In this document: positions 29,346 to 39,474 of the stretch, piece by piece
Numbering within the stretch: position 1 is the first letter of the stretch
Layout: each line of letters starts with the position of its first letter
NCBI GenBank assembly: GCA_035288465.1
Contig: DATEAH010000007.1
Span: 66,090 to 130,089 of the forward strand
Direction: 5' to 3'
DNA length: 64,000 nucleotides
From: Patescibacteria group bacterium
GTDB taxonomy: Bacteria > Patescibacteriota > UBA1384 > DATEAH01
The notes under the pieces: model-generated
What the model was told of the DNA's origin: nothing
Database searches by the model: none
What the model saw: only the letters and a program-made list of their open reading frames with translations
Made by a program: the position numbers and the translations under genes

Positions 29346-31043
29346 TTGGAAAAAGTCCTATATTTAGAACCTGACGAAGAGATAACTTCGGTAATTGACC
29401 GGATGGAAAAAATTTCCTCAAACACCGTGGCTTTGGTTCTTCCTCGTAATGCGGTCGTGGCGCAAAGCCTGGTTAATTTGAAATTACTTAAAAAAGAAGC
29501 GGCCAGACTTAATAAAAAAATTGCCCTAATTACGACTGATAGGGTTGGCATAAATTTAGCTGAGCAATTGGGCATAAGGGTTTCCGATAAGTTGGATCGA
29601 GAATTTTTAGAACCAGAAGAAACCGGCTTAGATGATGAGGAAGAGAAAACTGAGAAGGCTGAAGAAAAAACCGAGGAAGCTGAAAAAAATGTTGCTTTTG
29701 AGCCTTCAGAGGAATTATTGGTAGATACCACCAAGTCTAAAGCTTTCCCAGAGCCAGCCAAGTCCGACTTAAAAACTAAACCTCTTGATCATAAACCTGA
29801 GGTTCATCCGCAATTTGCCAAAGCCGGCACGAAAGTGGCTGATTTTTCTGGGAAGCGTAAATTTAAATTTAATAAAAAATTATTGATTTTTGGATTAATT
29901 TTCAGCGTTTTTGTGTTAGCATTTGTCGCCTTTTTATTCTTGCCTCGCGCAAAAGTTAGTTTGATTGTAAAAACTGAAGCTTTTAATCATAGCTTTGATT
30001 TTACTGCTGATAAAGCTTTAGTAGATGTGGATTTGCCAAAAAGCTCTATTCCGGCAAAATTAACCGAAACAAGTCTGGAAAAAGAATCAAAAGCGACTGC
30101 GACTGGTACCAAAGAAATTGGAGCAAAAGCCTCAGGAACAGTGCGTATTTATAATAGTTATGATTCTGATGCCCAAGTTTTAAATGCCGGCGCCAGCTTG
30201 ACAAAAAACGGCAAGGTTTTTAGAACCACCGCACGAGTGACAGTGCCCGGTTTTACACTTGAAGCTGGAGTCCCGGTTCCTGGAGTAGCGAATGCCTCAA
30301 TTCAAGCAGACAAAGAAGGCGATAGCTATAATGTGGCGGCAGGGAAATTTTCTGTGTCAGGTTTCCCCTCTGATAAATTTTATGGACAATCGAGTGCGGC
30401 GATGGCGGGTGGCTATTCAAAAATTGTGACCGTGGTCAGTCAGTCTGACATTGATAAAATAAAAAAATCAGTTGGTGATGCCGCTTTGGTTGATGCTAAA
30501 AATGCTTTAAAAGAAAAAATTGATCCAGAATATGATTTTATTGAATCAGGGATTGAGACTTCAGAAACCCAATTTACAAGCTCGGCTAAAGTTTCAGATC
30601 AGGTTTCAGAATTTACGGTGAAGATAAAATATAAAGCGCAGGCTTTGATTTTTAAGAAAACTGATTTTGAAAAAGTCGCTCAAGATAATTTTAAGACCAA
30701 GGTGACTTCGCAACAAAAAGAATTGGTGGAAATGGATTATACAAAATTGTCGAAAGCAGTAAAAAGCCAAGATTTAAATAAAGGCGAAATGGTGGTTACG
30801 GTTTCAGGTGTCGGATATATCGGACCAAAACTAGACGAAAAAACCTTAAAATTAAATTTAATCGGCAAAGATCGCATTAAATCAGAACAATATTTAACGA
30901 GTTTTGTGGAAGTTGAATCAGCTCAGGTTGAATTATGGCCATTTTGGGTGAAAAAAGTACCATCATTAGATGATAATATAAAGATTAATGTTGAATATCA
31001 GAATCCGGCACCGACCGAATCTACTTCCACTAAAAACAAATAG
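29346..31043 (+). CDS. Bitopic membrane protein with baseplate-J-like extracellular region
   Basis: YLEPDEEITSVIDR N-terminal domain, TM helix, KASGTVRIYN..A..EGDSYNV..AMAGG pattern; family assigned from motif recall only. Confidence 0.65.
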   Translation: MEKVLYLEPDEEITSVIDRMEKISSNTVALVLPRNAVVAQSLVNLKLLKKEAARLNKKIALITTDRVGINLAEQLGIRVSDKLDREFLEPEETGLDDEEEKTEKAEEKTEEAEKNVAFEPSEELLVDTTKSKAFPEPAKSDLKTKPLDHKPEVHPQFAKAGTKVADFSGKRKFKFNKKLLIFGLIFSVFVLAFVAFLFLPRAKVSLIVKTEAFNHSFDFTADKALVDVDLPKSSIPAKLTETSLEKESKATATGTKEIGAKASGTVRIYNSYDSDAQVLNAGASLTKNGKVFRTTARVTVPGFTLEAGVPVPGVANASIQADKEGDSYNVAAGKFSVSGFPSDKFYGQSSAAMAGGYSKIVTVVSQSDIDKIKKSVGDAALVDAKNALKEKIDPEYDFIESGIETSETQFTSSAKVSDQVSEFTVKIKYKAQALIFKKTDFEKVAQDNFKTKVTSQQKELVEMDYTKLSKAVKSQDLNKGEMVVTVSGVGYIGPKLDEKTLKLNLIGKDRIKSEQYLTSFVEVESAQVELWPFWVKKVPSLDDNIKINVEYQNPAPTESTSTKNK

Positions 31044-31070
31044 CGAGATTTGTAGTTTGGACTGGGAATA

Positions 31071-31496
31071 ATGGAAAAACTTGAATCTATATTAGGGATT
31101 GATCTGGGCGAAAAAAGGGTTGGTTTGGCAATGGCAAAATCTGGAATTGCTTTTGAGTATAAAACAATTAATTTTAATAATCTGTCTGAGCTGATAGAAC
31201 AAATTGTGAAAATTTGCCAAGACGAGAAAATTGAAAAAATCATTTTAGGGGTCGCAAAAAATCGAGAAGGAGAGATTGGTTTTCAGGCGAATTTACAACT
31301 TGATTTTAAAAACCAACTCGAGAAAGCCGTAAAGTTGTCGGTTTTGATAATTTCAGAACTTTACACCACCAAAGAGGCCCGTCGGATTTTGACGGAGATG
31401 GGTTTGGGTGAAGACAAAATTAAAGCCAGGCTTGATGCGAAAGCCGCCCAATTGATATTAGAATCATATTTAGAAAAAAATAATGCCACAAATTGA
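31071..31496 (+). CDS. ruvX: Holliday junction resolvase-like / pre-16S rRNA nuclease YqgF
   Basis: GIDLGEKRVGLA, ELYTT, DAKAAQLILESYL. Confidence 0.92.
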   Translation: MEKLESILGIDLGEKRVGLAMAKSGIAFEYKTINFNNLSELIEQIVKICQDEKIEKIILGVAKNREGEIGFQANLQLDFKNQLEKAVKLSVLIISELYTTKEARRILTEMGLGEDKIKARLDAKAAQLILESYLEKNNATN

Positions 31497-32595
31497 CACT
31501 TTAAGACCCAAAAAACAAACTTTTCCTCCTCGTCTTCTTCCCCCTCATCCTCCCAAAAAACGCACTGGTTGTTTAAAAGGAGGGATTTTTATTTTATTGG
31601 CCGTATTGTTGATTGGTGGAAGTGCCGGATGGCTGGGACACCAAATTAAAATTCCTAAAACATTAGCCGAGCCAGTTGATTTTACAGTTCAAAAAGGTGA
31701 TTCCGTGGATGTGATTTCTCGTAATTTAGAAAAATCAGGCTTAATCGACTACCCGTTCGTTTTTAAAATATATTTAGTTTTAAGCAACCAGTCTTCGAAT
31801 TTGAAAGCGGGCAGTTTTCATTTTGCCGATTCGGTAGATATTCCGCAAATTGTAAGAATAATTTCAGCTGGTGAAATCGCGAAAAATCAAGTCACTATTG
31901 TTGAGGGCATGAGAAGAGAAGAAATTGCGAAGTTTTTAGAAAGTCGTGGTTTAATTAAAGCTAAAGATTTTATTTTGGCGACAGATAGTCCGGCAGATAA
32001 ATCGAAATATCCCTTTTTGGCCAGCCTAGATTCTAGCGATTCTCTGGAGGGATTTCTTTTTCCAGATACTTATCAATTGGGAGAAAAACCAACAGCTCAG
32101 CTTTTGGTAGAAAAAATGTTGACTAATTTTGAAGATAAATACAATTTGGAATTTGCCAATTTGCTAAAAAATCAAGATTTAAGTTTGCCAGAAGTAGTAA
32201 ATTTGGCCTCAATAATCGAAAGAGAAGTTTCAAAGCCGAGCGAAAGAGCGACCGTGGCGGGAATTTATTTTAATCGATTAAATATCGAGATGAAATTGCA
32301 AGCTGATCCCACAATTCAATATGCTAAAGATACTCAAACACCACCGGCGAAATACTTAGATTATTGGGCAGAAATTACTATGGCTGATTATCGACAGGTT
32401 ATTTCAAAATATAACACGTATTTACATTTAGGTTTGCCGCCAGGACCGATTTGTAATCCAAGTTTATCCTCAATTGAAGCAGTTTTGAAGCCAAAAAAAT
32501 CAGATTATTATTACTTTTTTACGACTAACGGAGATATATATTATAGTAAAACTCTTGAAGAACACGAGCAGAAGCAAACTCAATATTTGAAATAA
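31483..32595 (+). CDS. mltG: Endolytic transglycosylase MltG
   Basis: LEGFLFPDTY, LASIIERE, LQADPT, YNTY..GLPPGPICNP. Confidence 0.96.
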   Translation: MPQIDTLRPKKQTFPPRLLPPHPPKKRTGCLKGGIFILLAVLLIGGSAGWLGHQIKIPKTLAEPVDFTVQKGDSVDVISRNLEKSGLIDYPFVFKIYLVLSNQSSNLKAGSFHFADSVDIPQIVRIISAGEIAKNQVTIVEGMRREEIAKFLESRGLIKAKDFILATDSPADKSKYPFLASLDSSDSLEGFLFPDTYQLGEKPTAQLLVEKMLTNFEDKYNLEFANLLKNQDLSLPEVVNLASIIEREVSKPSERATVAGIYFNRLNIEMKLQADPTIQYAKDTQTPPAKYLDYWAEITMADYRQVISKYNTYLHLGLPPGPICNPSLSSIEAVLKPKKSDYYYFFTTNGDIYYSKTLEEHEQKQTQYLK

Positions 32596-32690
32596 ATTTT
32601 AACATACTTTACAATTTAGAAAATAATTAGATATGTGGGGGCTAACCCCCTTTTAATTTAATGAATTTTTTGAGATAATAATAAAGAATA

Positions 32691-32824
32691 AAATCCTAAA
32701 TCCGAAATTCTAAACAAATCCAAAATTCAATTATTAAATTTCACAACCGTAAAGATTCAAAATTTTGGAAATTAGAATTTATTTGGAGTTTGTCTGCTAA
32801 ACGGCGGATTAGAAATTAAAATTT
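32691..32824. repeat. Heptamer-periodic imperfect palindrome (family copy 4)
   Basis: First 29 nt identical to 47303-47331; right arm interrupted by a small gtctgc..gcggat hairpin. Confidence 0.8.
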
Positions 32825-32841
32825 GACGCTGGAGGCGTTTA

Positions 32842-33897
32842 ATGATATTTGATCGTTTTTTAGGTTCTTTTTCGCACGATATTGGCATTGATTTGGGTAC
32901 CTGCAATACCTTAGTTTATGTTAAAGGAAAAGGAATTGTAGTCAAGGAATCGTCAGTGGTGGCGATCAATACTAAAACCAAACTAATTTTGGCGATTGGT
33001 GATGAGGCCCAAAAGATGGTAGGTCGTACCCCAGCCCACATTGTGGCGATTAAGCCTTTGATTGATGGCGTGGTTTCAGATTTTGAAGTGACTGAAGAAA
33101 TGTTAAAATATTTTATTGAAAAAGTGCACCGGCGTACCTTTGCTTTTTTACCTCGTCCTCGAGTGGTGATAGGAATTCCTTATGGTGTCACCGAAGTTGA
33201 AAGGCGGGCAGTTGAGGAGGCGGCGATGAATGCGGGCGCGAGACAAGTATTTTTGATTGAAGAACCGATGGCAGCCGCAATTGGGGCAAGGTTGCCGGTT
33301 CAGGAAGCGGCCGGGAATATGGTGATTGATATTGGTGGTGGCACCACGGAAGTGGCAGTCATTAGTTTGGGTGGGATTGTGGCTTCGAGATCTTTGCGAA
33401 TTGCCGGCAACGAACTTAATGATGATATTATTCAATATGCCCGTGAACATTTTAACCTTTTATTAGGCGAAAGAACCTCGGAAGCGATTAAAATAAATAT
33501 CGGTTCCGCTTATCCTCAAACTGAAAAAAAGACGGTGAAATTAAAAGGCCGAGATTTAATCACGGGTTTGCCAAAAGAAATTGTCGCCACTGATGAGCAG
33601 ATTAGAACCGCAATTTCAGGATCAGTTCGAAAAATTGTTGACGCGGCAAAAACCACCCTCGAAGAAACCCCTCCAGAATTACTGGCTGATATTATGGATC
33701 GGGGAATTGTTTTAACTGGTGGCGGCGCTTTATTAAAGGGTTTGGATACTTTTATTTCGAAATCAACACAAACTAAAGTCTATATTGCTGATGATCCCTT
33801 AACTTCAGTGGTGCGGGGTGCCGGTTTGGTACTTGAAGATATTGATACTCTAAAAGACGTGCTCTTGCCTTCAGAACATCAAAGAATGCCAATGTAA
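32842..33897 (+). CDS. mreB: Rod shape-determining protein MreB
   Basis: DLGTCNT, IEEPMAAAIGA, DIGGGTTEVA, LTGGGALL. Confidence 0.98.
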   Translation: MIFDRFLGSFSHDIGIDLGTCNTLVYVKGKGIVVKESSVVAINTKTKLILAIGDEAQKMVGRTPAHIVAIKPLIDGVVSDFEVTEEMLKYFIEKVHRRTFAFLPRPRVVIGIPYGVTEVERRAVEEAAMNAGARQVFLIEEPMAAAIGARLPVQEAAGNMVIDIGGGTTEVAVISLGGIVASRSLRIAGNELNDDIIQYAREHFNLLLGERTSEAIKINIGSAYPQTEKKTVKLKGRDLITGLPKEIVATDEQIRTAISGSVRKIVDAAKTTLEETPPELLADIMDRGIVLTGGGALLKGLDTFISKSTQTKVYIADDPLTSVVRGAGLVLEDIDTLKDVLLPSEHQRMPM

Positions 33898-33931
33898 TTA
33901 GCATTTATTATTTTGAAACCTTGGGATAATT

Positions 33932-34735
33932 ATGAAATTAACTTTAGATAAAATTTTAATTTCAATTTTAGCGTTGGTGATAATTGCGTCTTTAATTATT
34001 CCCAAAAAATATTTTCTAACACCTGTCAAAGGTGCGGCAATGACGGTTTTGGCACCGATTCAAAAAATAGTTTCAGGCTCTGGTAAATCGATTTATGATT
34101 TTTTCTCAACAATCTCTAAAATCTCGCGATTAGCGAAAGAAAATGATCAACTTCGATTAGAAAAAGACCGCTTGGTTGAAAAAAACACCGCTTTAGTTGA
34201 AGCTCAAAAAGAAAATGAAATTTTACGTTCAGAGTTGAATTTTCGAAATTCTAATCCATATAAATTATTACCCGTCAATGTGATTGGAAAAGATCCAACA
34301 AATGTCCAGGAATCTTTAACAATTGATGCCGGCACGAAGGATGGCTTGAAAGAAGGCATGCCAGTGGTAAGCGCCGGAATATTAGTGGGAAAAATTTCTG
34401 AGGTTCATTATACTTCTTCGAACGTTCTTTTGGTAACTAATCCAAATAGCGTAGTAAATGCAATGTTGCAAGAAAGTCGGGCATATGGTTTGGTGCGAGG
34501 TGAGTTGGGCTTTGGTTTAGTAATGGAATCAATTCCGCAAGAAACTAAAATTAATGTTGGTGACCGCGTCATTACTTCTGGGCTGGGAGGGATTTTTCCA
34601 AAAGGATTAATTATTGGTCAAGTTTTAGAAATTATTTCTAAACAAGGTGATATTTTTAAATCCGCCAGCCTTAAGCCAGACCTTGATTTGTCCAAACTCG
34701 AAATTGCCTTTGTCATATTAGGAGTTCAAGAATAG
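33932..34735 (+). CDS. mreC: Rod shape-determining protein MreC
   Basis: TM helix, coiled coil, GLKEGMPV, VITSGLGGIFPKGL. Confidence 0.95.
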   Translation: MKLTLDKILISILALVIIASLIIPKKYFLTPVKGAAMTVLAPIQKIVSGSGKSIYDFFSTISKISRLAKENDQLRLEKDRLVEKNTALVEAQKENEILRSELNFRNSNPYKLLPVNVIGKDPTNVQESLTIDAGTKDGLKEGMPVVSAGILVGKISEVHYTSSNVLLVTNPNSVVNAMLQESRAYGLVRGELGFGLVMESIPQETKINVGDRVITSGLGGIFPKGLIIGQVLEIISKQGDIFKSASLKPDLDLSKLEIAFVILGVQE

Positions 34736-34742
34736 GAGGCAT

Positions 34743-35267
34743 TTGAAAGATTGGCCATTAAATTTAATCCTGATTATATTTGCGGCTATTTTGCAAACAA
34801 CTATTATGCATTATTTCTCGATTAAATTTGGTATTGCCAATATTATTTTGTGTGTATTCGTAATATTGCTGTTTTTTAAATATCGGAAAATTGCGTTATT
34901 ATGGGTAGTGGTCGGAGGAATAATTTTAGATTTATTGTCTTCGAGTCCGGCCGGTCTTTATTTTTTTGGATTTTTGATAATTTATTTAGCCATTGCCCAG
35001 TTTTTAAAGAATACTGATTTAGAAGAAATTTTAGCCTTGTTGGTTTTGGAAGTTTTAGCCTCTTTAGTATTTGATATATTCTTCTTAATATATTTGAGAA
35101 TTTGGGGTCAAATAATTCCCATAAATATATTTTTGAATCTGGCAATTTTTGATGGCATATTAAATATTATTTTAACCATCTTTATCTATTTACTAGTGAT
35201 ATTTTTCCAAAAACGTTTTTCGCGTCGCCGTAAAAATCAGATTTTTCTTGCCAGCTATATTAAATAA
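34743..35267 (+). CDS. mreD: Rod shape-determining protein MreD
   Basis: Highly hydrophobic, GGIILDLLS motif; located between mreC and mrdA. Confidence 0.8.
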   Translation: MKDWPLNLILIIFAAILQTTIMHYFSIKFGIANIILCVFVILLFFKYRKIALLWVVVGGIILDLLSSSPAGLYFFGFLIIYLAIAQFLKNTDLEEILALLVLEVLASLVFDIFFLIYLRIWGQIIPINIFLNLAIFDGILNIILTIFIYLLVIFFQKRFSRRRKNQIFLASYIK

Positions 35268-35279
35268 TAAAATAAAATT

Positions 35280-37208
35280 ATGGATATATTTGATTATTTT
35301 GATCGAAAAATTTTAGGTGATCATAAAACTCGAACCATCAAAAGAGATTTTGACGAGATTGGTGATTTAGCAGGTGATGACAGCGCTTTATCAGATGTCA
35401 AAAAGTCTCAACATTTTTATTTATTTTATTTAATCATCATCGCGGTTTTTGTGGTTTTGGTGTATCGGCTTTGGAATTTGCAACTTACACAAGGAGCCCA
35501 TTTTCGGTACTTATCTGAGGGTAACCGTATTCGAACCACGGTCACAACCTCAACTCGAGGAGTAATTTATGATCAGGGTGGCAATATTTTAGTTTCAAAT
35601 GTGCCTTCATTTGTACTTCAGGTGACACCCCAAGATTTGCCTAAAAAACAAGCCGATAAAAATGCTTTAATTCAAAAAGTCGCCAAAGCAACCGGCATTA
35701 CTGCTTTGGAAATCTCAAATAAAATTAAACCAGAATTAGCTGAGCCGCAAGTTTTAGTGGAAAATATTGAACGAGAGAAAGCTTTGGCTTGGAAGGAGCA
35801 ATTAGCAAATTTAGCCGCTTTCAGCGTTGAAGAAAGAGCTACCAGGCAATACAAATCTGAAGCAGCCTTAGCACATATATTGGGATATGTGGGTAAAATT
35901 AATCAAAAAGAATATGATGAACTTGGATCGCAGGGTTACACGATGTTGGATTTAATCGGTAAAACTGGTTTAGAAAATTTTTATGAAAAAGAACTCAAAG
36001 GGAAAAATGGTAAAAAACAGGTTGAAGTTGATGCCATGGGTAAAATTTCAAGAATTTTAGCACAATCAAATCCCGAGGCTGGCAATAGTTTAGTTTTGAA
36101 TTTGGATTTAGGATTACAGAAAAAAATGACAAGCGTTCTCGAAAAAGCCGTCACCAATTCCAAAAGTACCGGTGCGGCCGCGGTCGCGATTAATCCACAA
36201 AATGGGGCAGTTTTAGGAATGGTATCTGTGCCAAGTTTTGATAATAATATTTTTACTACCCAAAGCTCTCAACAATTTGCACCACAATATCAGCAATTAA
36301 TCACTGATCCCAAAAAACCTTTATATAATCGGGCAATTTCAGGAGTTTATCCACCCGGTTCAACCATCAAAATGCTAGTCGGATCCGCCGGTTTGCAAGA
36401 AGGGGTGATTAATGTAAATACGCATTTATTCGCCCAAGAAGCAATTTTGGTGCCGAATAAATATGATCCCTCGATTGTGTATCGATTTCCAGATTGGAAA
36501 CCTGGCGGCCATGGTTATGTCAATGTGATTTCGTCAATTGCCAAAAGTTGTGACGTTTTTTTCTATGCTGTTGGAGGCGGTTATGAACAAATTTCAGGAT
36601 TGGGAATTGATAAACTTTACCAATATTTTAAAAAGTATGGTCTAGGTGATAAGACTGGTATCGATTTGGCAGGTGAGAATTCTGGGTTAGCGCCAAATCC
36701 TGATTGGAAGAAAAAAGCCAAAAAAGAAGATTGGTATTTTGGCGATACCTACCATGTTTCAATTGGACAAGGCGATTTATTGGTAACGCCAATCCAATTG
36801 GCCGATTATGTGGCGGCAGTGGCAAATGGTGGGAGTTTACTTAAACCACATTTAATTTGGAAAATCCAAGATTCTGAAGGCAATGTCATCAAAGAATATA
36901 CGAAAGATGTTAAAACTGCCAACATTGTCTCTCCAGAAAATATGGAAATTATTCGTCGTGGGATGAGAGAAGCCGTCACCTCAGGAACTGCAAAAATATT
37001 AAGTGCTTTGCCGGTTTCATCGGCTGGAAAAACTGGGACAGCTCAATTTGATAATAATGCCAAAACTCACTCGTGGTTTGCTTCTTTCGCCCCATACGAT
37101 AATCCGACAATCGCTTTAGTGGTTTTAGCTGAAGGTGGCGGTGAAGGTCATGAAGTGGCGGCACCAGCTGCCAAAGAAATTTTACAGTATTATTTCAGCA
37201 GAAAATAA
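35280..37208 (+). CDS. mrdA: Penicillin-binding protein 2
   Basis: RGVIYD, PGSTIK (SxxK), SCD, KTGTAQ. Confidence 0.96.
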   Translation: MDIFDYFDRKILGDHKTRTIKRDFDEIGDLAGDDSALSDVKKSQHFYLFYLIIIAVFVVLVYRLWNLQLTQGAHFRYLSEGNRIRTTVTTSTRGVIYDQGGNILVSNVPSFVLQVTPQDLPKKQADKNALIQKVAKATGITALEISNKIKPELAEPQVLVENIEREKALAWKEQLANLAAFSVEERATRQYKSEAALAHILGYVGKINQKEYDELGSQGYTMLDLIGKTGLENFYEKELKGKNGKKQVEVDAMGKISRILAQSNPEAGNSLVLNLDLGLQKKMTSVLEKAVTNSKSTGAAAVAINPQNGAVLGMVSVPSFDNNIFTTQSSQQFAPQYQQLITDPKKPLYNRAISGVYPPGSTIKMLVGSAGLQEGVINVNTHLFAQEAILVPNKYDPSIVYRFPDWKPGGHGYVNVISSIAKSCDVFFYAVGGGYEQISGLGIDKLYQYFKKYGLGDKTGIDLAGENSGLAPNPDWKKKAKKEDWYFGDTYHVSIGQGDLLVTPIQLADYVAAVANGGSLLKPHLIWKIQDSEGNVIKEYTKDVKTANIVSPENMEIIRRGMREAVTSGTAKILSALPVSSAGKTGTAQFDNNAKTHSWFASFAPYDNPTIALVVLAEGGGEGHEVAAPAAKEILQYYFSRK

Positions 37209-37359
37209 GTTAAAATTTAGGTTTGGGCTACTTGACAAATATTATTCAGTTTTTTACAATTTGTTCATATAGGAGAAAAAGGGGGGTATTTTTATCCTAA
37301 AATTAATATCAAACCCTTCTAAATCAGCTCGTCTCGGGGCTCTTTTTAAAAGGAAAACA

Positions 37360-37812
37360 ATGAAAAACGTGATTACAAAACAAGGCTTAGATCGGCTTAA
37401 AAAGGAATTAGATTATTTAAAAAAAATTAGAAGAAGGGAAGTTGCCAATCAGATTCGTGAAGCTCAAGAATGGGGCGATTATTCTGAAAATGGCGAACTT
37501 GACGAGGCTCGGCAAGAACAGGCAATTGTGGAAGCTAAAATTCAAGAATTGAGTTTTTTGGTTAAAAATTCCCAAATTATCAATGAATCATCAAAGGAGA
37601 TTGTCGAACCTGGTTGCCAAGTGGTTTTATTGTCTGGTGAAGAAAAATTTGAATACACAATTGTGGGATCGGCTGAGACTGATCCGGCAAATGGTAAAAT
37701 TTCAACCGATTCTCCGTTAGGCATGGCCTTGGCTGGCAGGACACGCGGCGAAAAGATTTCCTTAGACACGATTTCTGGTCCAGCTGAATATATTATTCAA
37801 GAAATTAGATAA
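37360..37812 (+). CDS. greA: Transcription elongation factor GreA
   Basis: GDYSEN, ISTDSPLGMAL. Confidence 0.94.
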   Translation: MKNVITKQGLDRLKKELDYLKKIRRREVANQIREAQEWGDYSENGELDEARQEQAIVEAKIQELSFLVKNSQIINESSKEIVEPGCQVVLLSGEEKFEYTIVGSAETDPANGKISTDSPLGMALAGRTRGEKISLDTISGPAEYIIQEIR

Positions 37813-37901
37813 ATATAACATATTTTCAAAATTTGGGCTTAATTCTAGCCCATTTTTTGAATTTTGTGGTATAATAAGATTAATTTTAACACTAAAGGAG
37901 T

Positions 37902-39464
37902 TTGATGTTTTGGGTTGATGAAATTATTGAAGACATTATCAAAAAAATTCCCAAAAATGACTATTTGATTACTGATTGGACAACTCCATCCGGACACGCA
38001 CATATTGGGTCATTGCGAGGGGTGGTAATTCATGATTTGGTGCGCCAAGGATTAACTGAAAGGCAGAAAACAGTGGTTTTCCAATATGGTTTTGATGATT
38101 TTGACCCGATGGACGGCCTGCCAATATACATTGATTCATCTTGGAAAAAATATATGGGTATGCCGTTATCGAAGGTGCCGGCACCTGATGGAAAATCGGA
38201 AAGTTTTGCCGAGCAATATTTGCAGGAATTTTATTCAGCGATAAAGACCTTGGGAATTAATCCTAAAATTGTTAAAACCTCAAAGTTATATGCTGAGGGT
38301 AAATTTGATCCGGCAATAAAATTGGTTTTAGATAATGCGGACAAAATTCGCCAAATGTACAAAAAAATTTCAGGTTCTGACAAGGGTGAAAATTGGCAGC
38401 CTTTGCAAGTGGTTTGCCCAAAATGCGGCAAAATTGGAACTACCAAAGTGACGGGTTGGGATGGAAAATTAGTTAAATTTGAATGTGTTGAAAATTTAGT
38501 GGATTGGGCTGAAGGCTGTGGTTTTGAGGGTGAAATTTCACCATTTGGTGGCAAGGCGAAAATGCCTTGGAAAGTGGAATGGCCGGCGAAGTGGGCTTTA
38601 TTTGGTTCAGATATTGAAGGTGAAGGGAAAGATCATTTTGCGGCAGGCGGTTCGAGAGATATTGCCGATGAAATTTATCGAGAAGTTTTTAAAAAAACTT
38701 CGCCCTATGATATTAGGTATGAACATTTTTTGATTGGTGGGGCAAAAATGTCTTCTTCAAAAGGATTAGGAACGACCGCTAAGGAAATGGCTGATTTTTT
38801 GCCAGCGAATATTCTAAAATTTTTATTAGTTCGAACAAAATATAAAAGAACTATTGATTTTCATCCGGCGGGAGTGACAATTCCGGTTTTATTTGACGAA
38901 TATGATCGATTGGCAGCTTTACATTATCAAGATTCAAAAGCGCCCCTGGCTCGAGCTTTTTATTTTGCGCAACTTGATCCGGCGGCTCCACATGCGCAAT
39001 ATTTATTGCGTTTTTCCAAAATTGCTTATATGCTCCAAATTCCGCATTTGAATATTTTTGAATATGCGGAAAATGAAAAAGGCGCAAAATTGACTGAAAT
39101 TGAAAAGCTCGAGATTGAAAATCGGGTTCAGGTGGCGAAAAATTGGTTAGAAAAATTTGCACCCGAAGAATTTAAATTTACGATTTTAGAAAAATTACCG
39201 GAGCAGGCTCGAAATTTGAGCCAGAAACAGAGAGAATTTTTAGCCGGGGTCTTAAAATTATTAAAAGAGAAAAAAATATCAGCTGAAAAATTACATGAGC
39301 AGATTCACGAGCTTAAAAAAACTATGTCTATTGACCCCAGAGAAGCCTTCTCCGCGATTTATTTGATCTTTATCGGTAAAGATTCCGGTCCCCAAGCAGG
39401 TTGGTTTTTAACCAGCCTGGATCACGATTTCGTTATAAAAAGATTCGAAGAAGCGATAAAATAA
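37902..39464 (+). CDS. lysS: Lysine--tRNA ligase, class I
   Basis: PSGHAHIGS, DDFDPMD, CPKCG, GKDH, KMSSSKG, GPQAG. Confidence 0.95.
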   Translation: MMFWVDEIIEDIIKKIPKNDYLITDWTTPSGHAHIGSLRGVVIHDLVRQGLTERQKTVVFQYGFDDFDPMDGLPIYIDSSWKKYMGMPLSKVPAPDGKSESFAEQYLQEFYSAIKTLGINPKIVKTSKLYAEGKFDPAIKLVLDNADKIRQMYKKISGSDKGENWQPLQVVCPKCGKIGTTKVTGWDGKLVKFECVENLVDWAEGCGFEGEISPFGGKAKMPWKVEWPAKWALFGSDIEGEGKDHFAAGGSRDIADEIYREVFKKTSPYDIRYEHFLIGGAKMSSSKGLGTTAKEMADFLPANILKFLLVRTKYKRTIDFHPAGVTIPVLFDEYDRLAALHYQDSKAPLARAFYFAQLDPAAPHAQYLLRFSKIAYMLQIPHLNIFEYAENEKGAKLTEIEKLEIENRVQVAKNWLEKFAPEEFKFTILEKLPEQARNLSQKQREFLAGVLKLLKEKKISAEKLHEQIHELKKTMSIDPREAFSAIYLIFIGKDSGPQAGWFLTSLDHDFVIKRFEEAIK

Positions 39465-39474
39465 AGGGAGTAAA

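Noticed and set aside
29346-31043. Prophage or contractile injection system suggested by the baseplate-J-like region
   Set aside because: No other tail, sheath, capsid or integrase genes are present; the protein is membrane-anchored in a housekeeping context.
37902-39464. Class I LysRS (and the compact AlaRS) as novelties
   Set aside because: Class I LysRS is well known in archaea and several bacterial groups, and shortened AlaRS is expected in reduced genomes.
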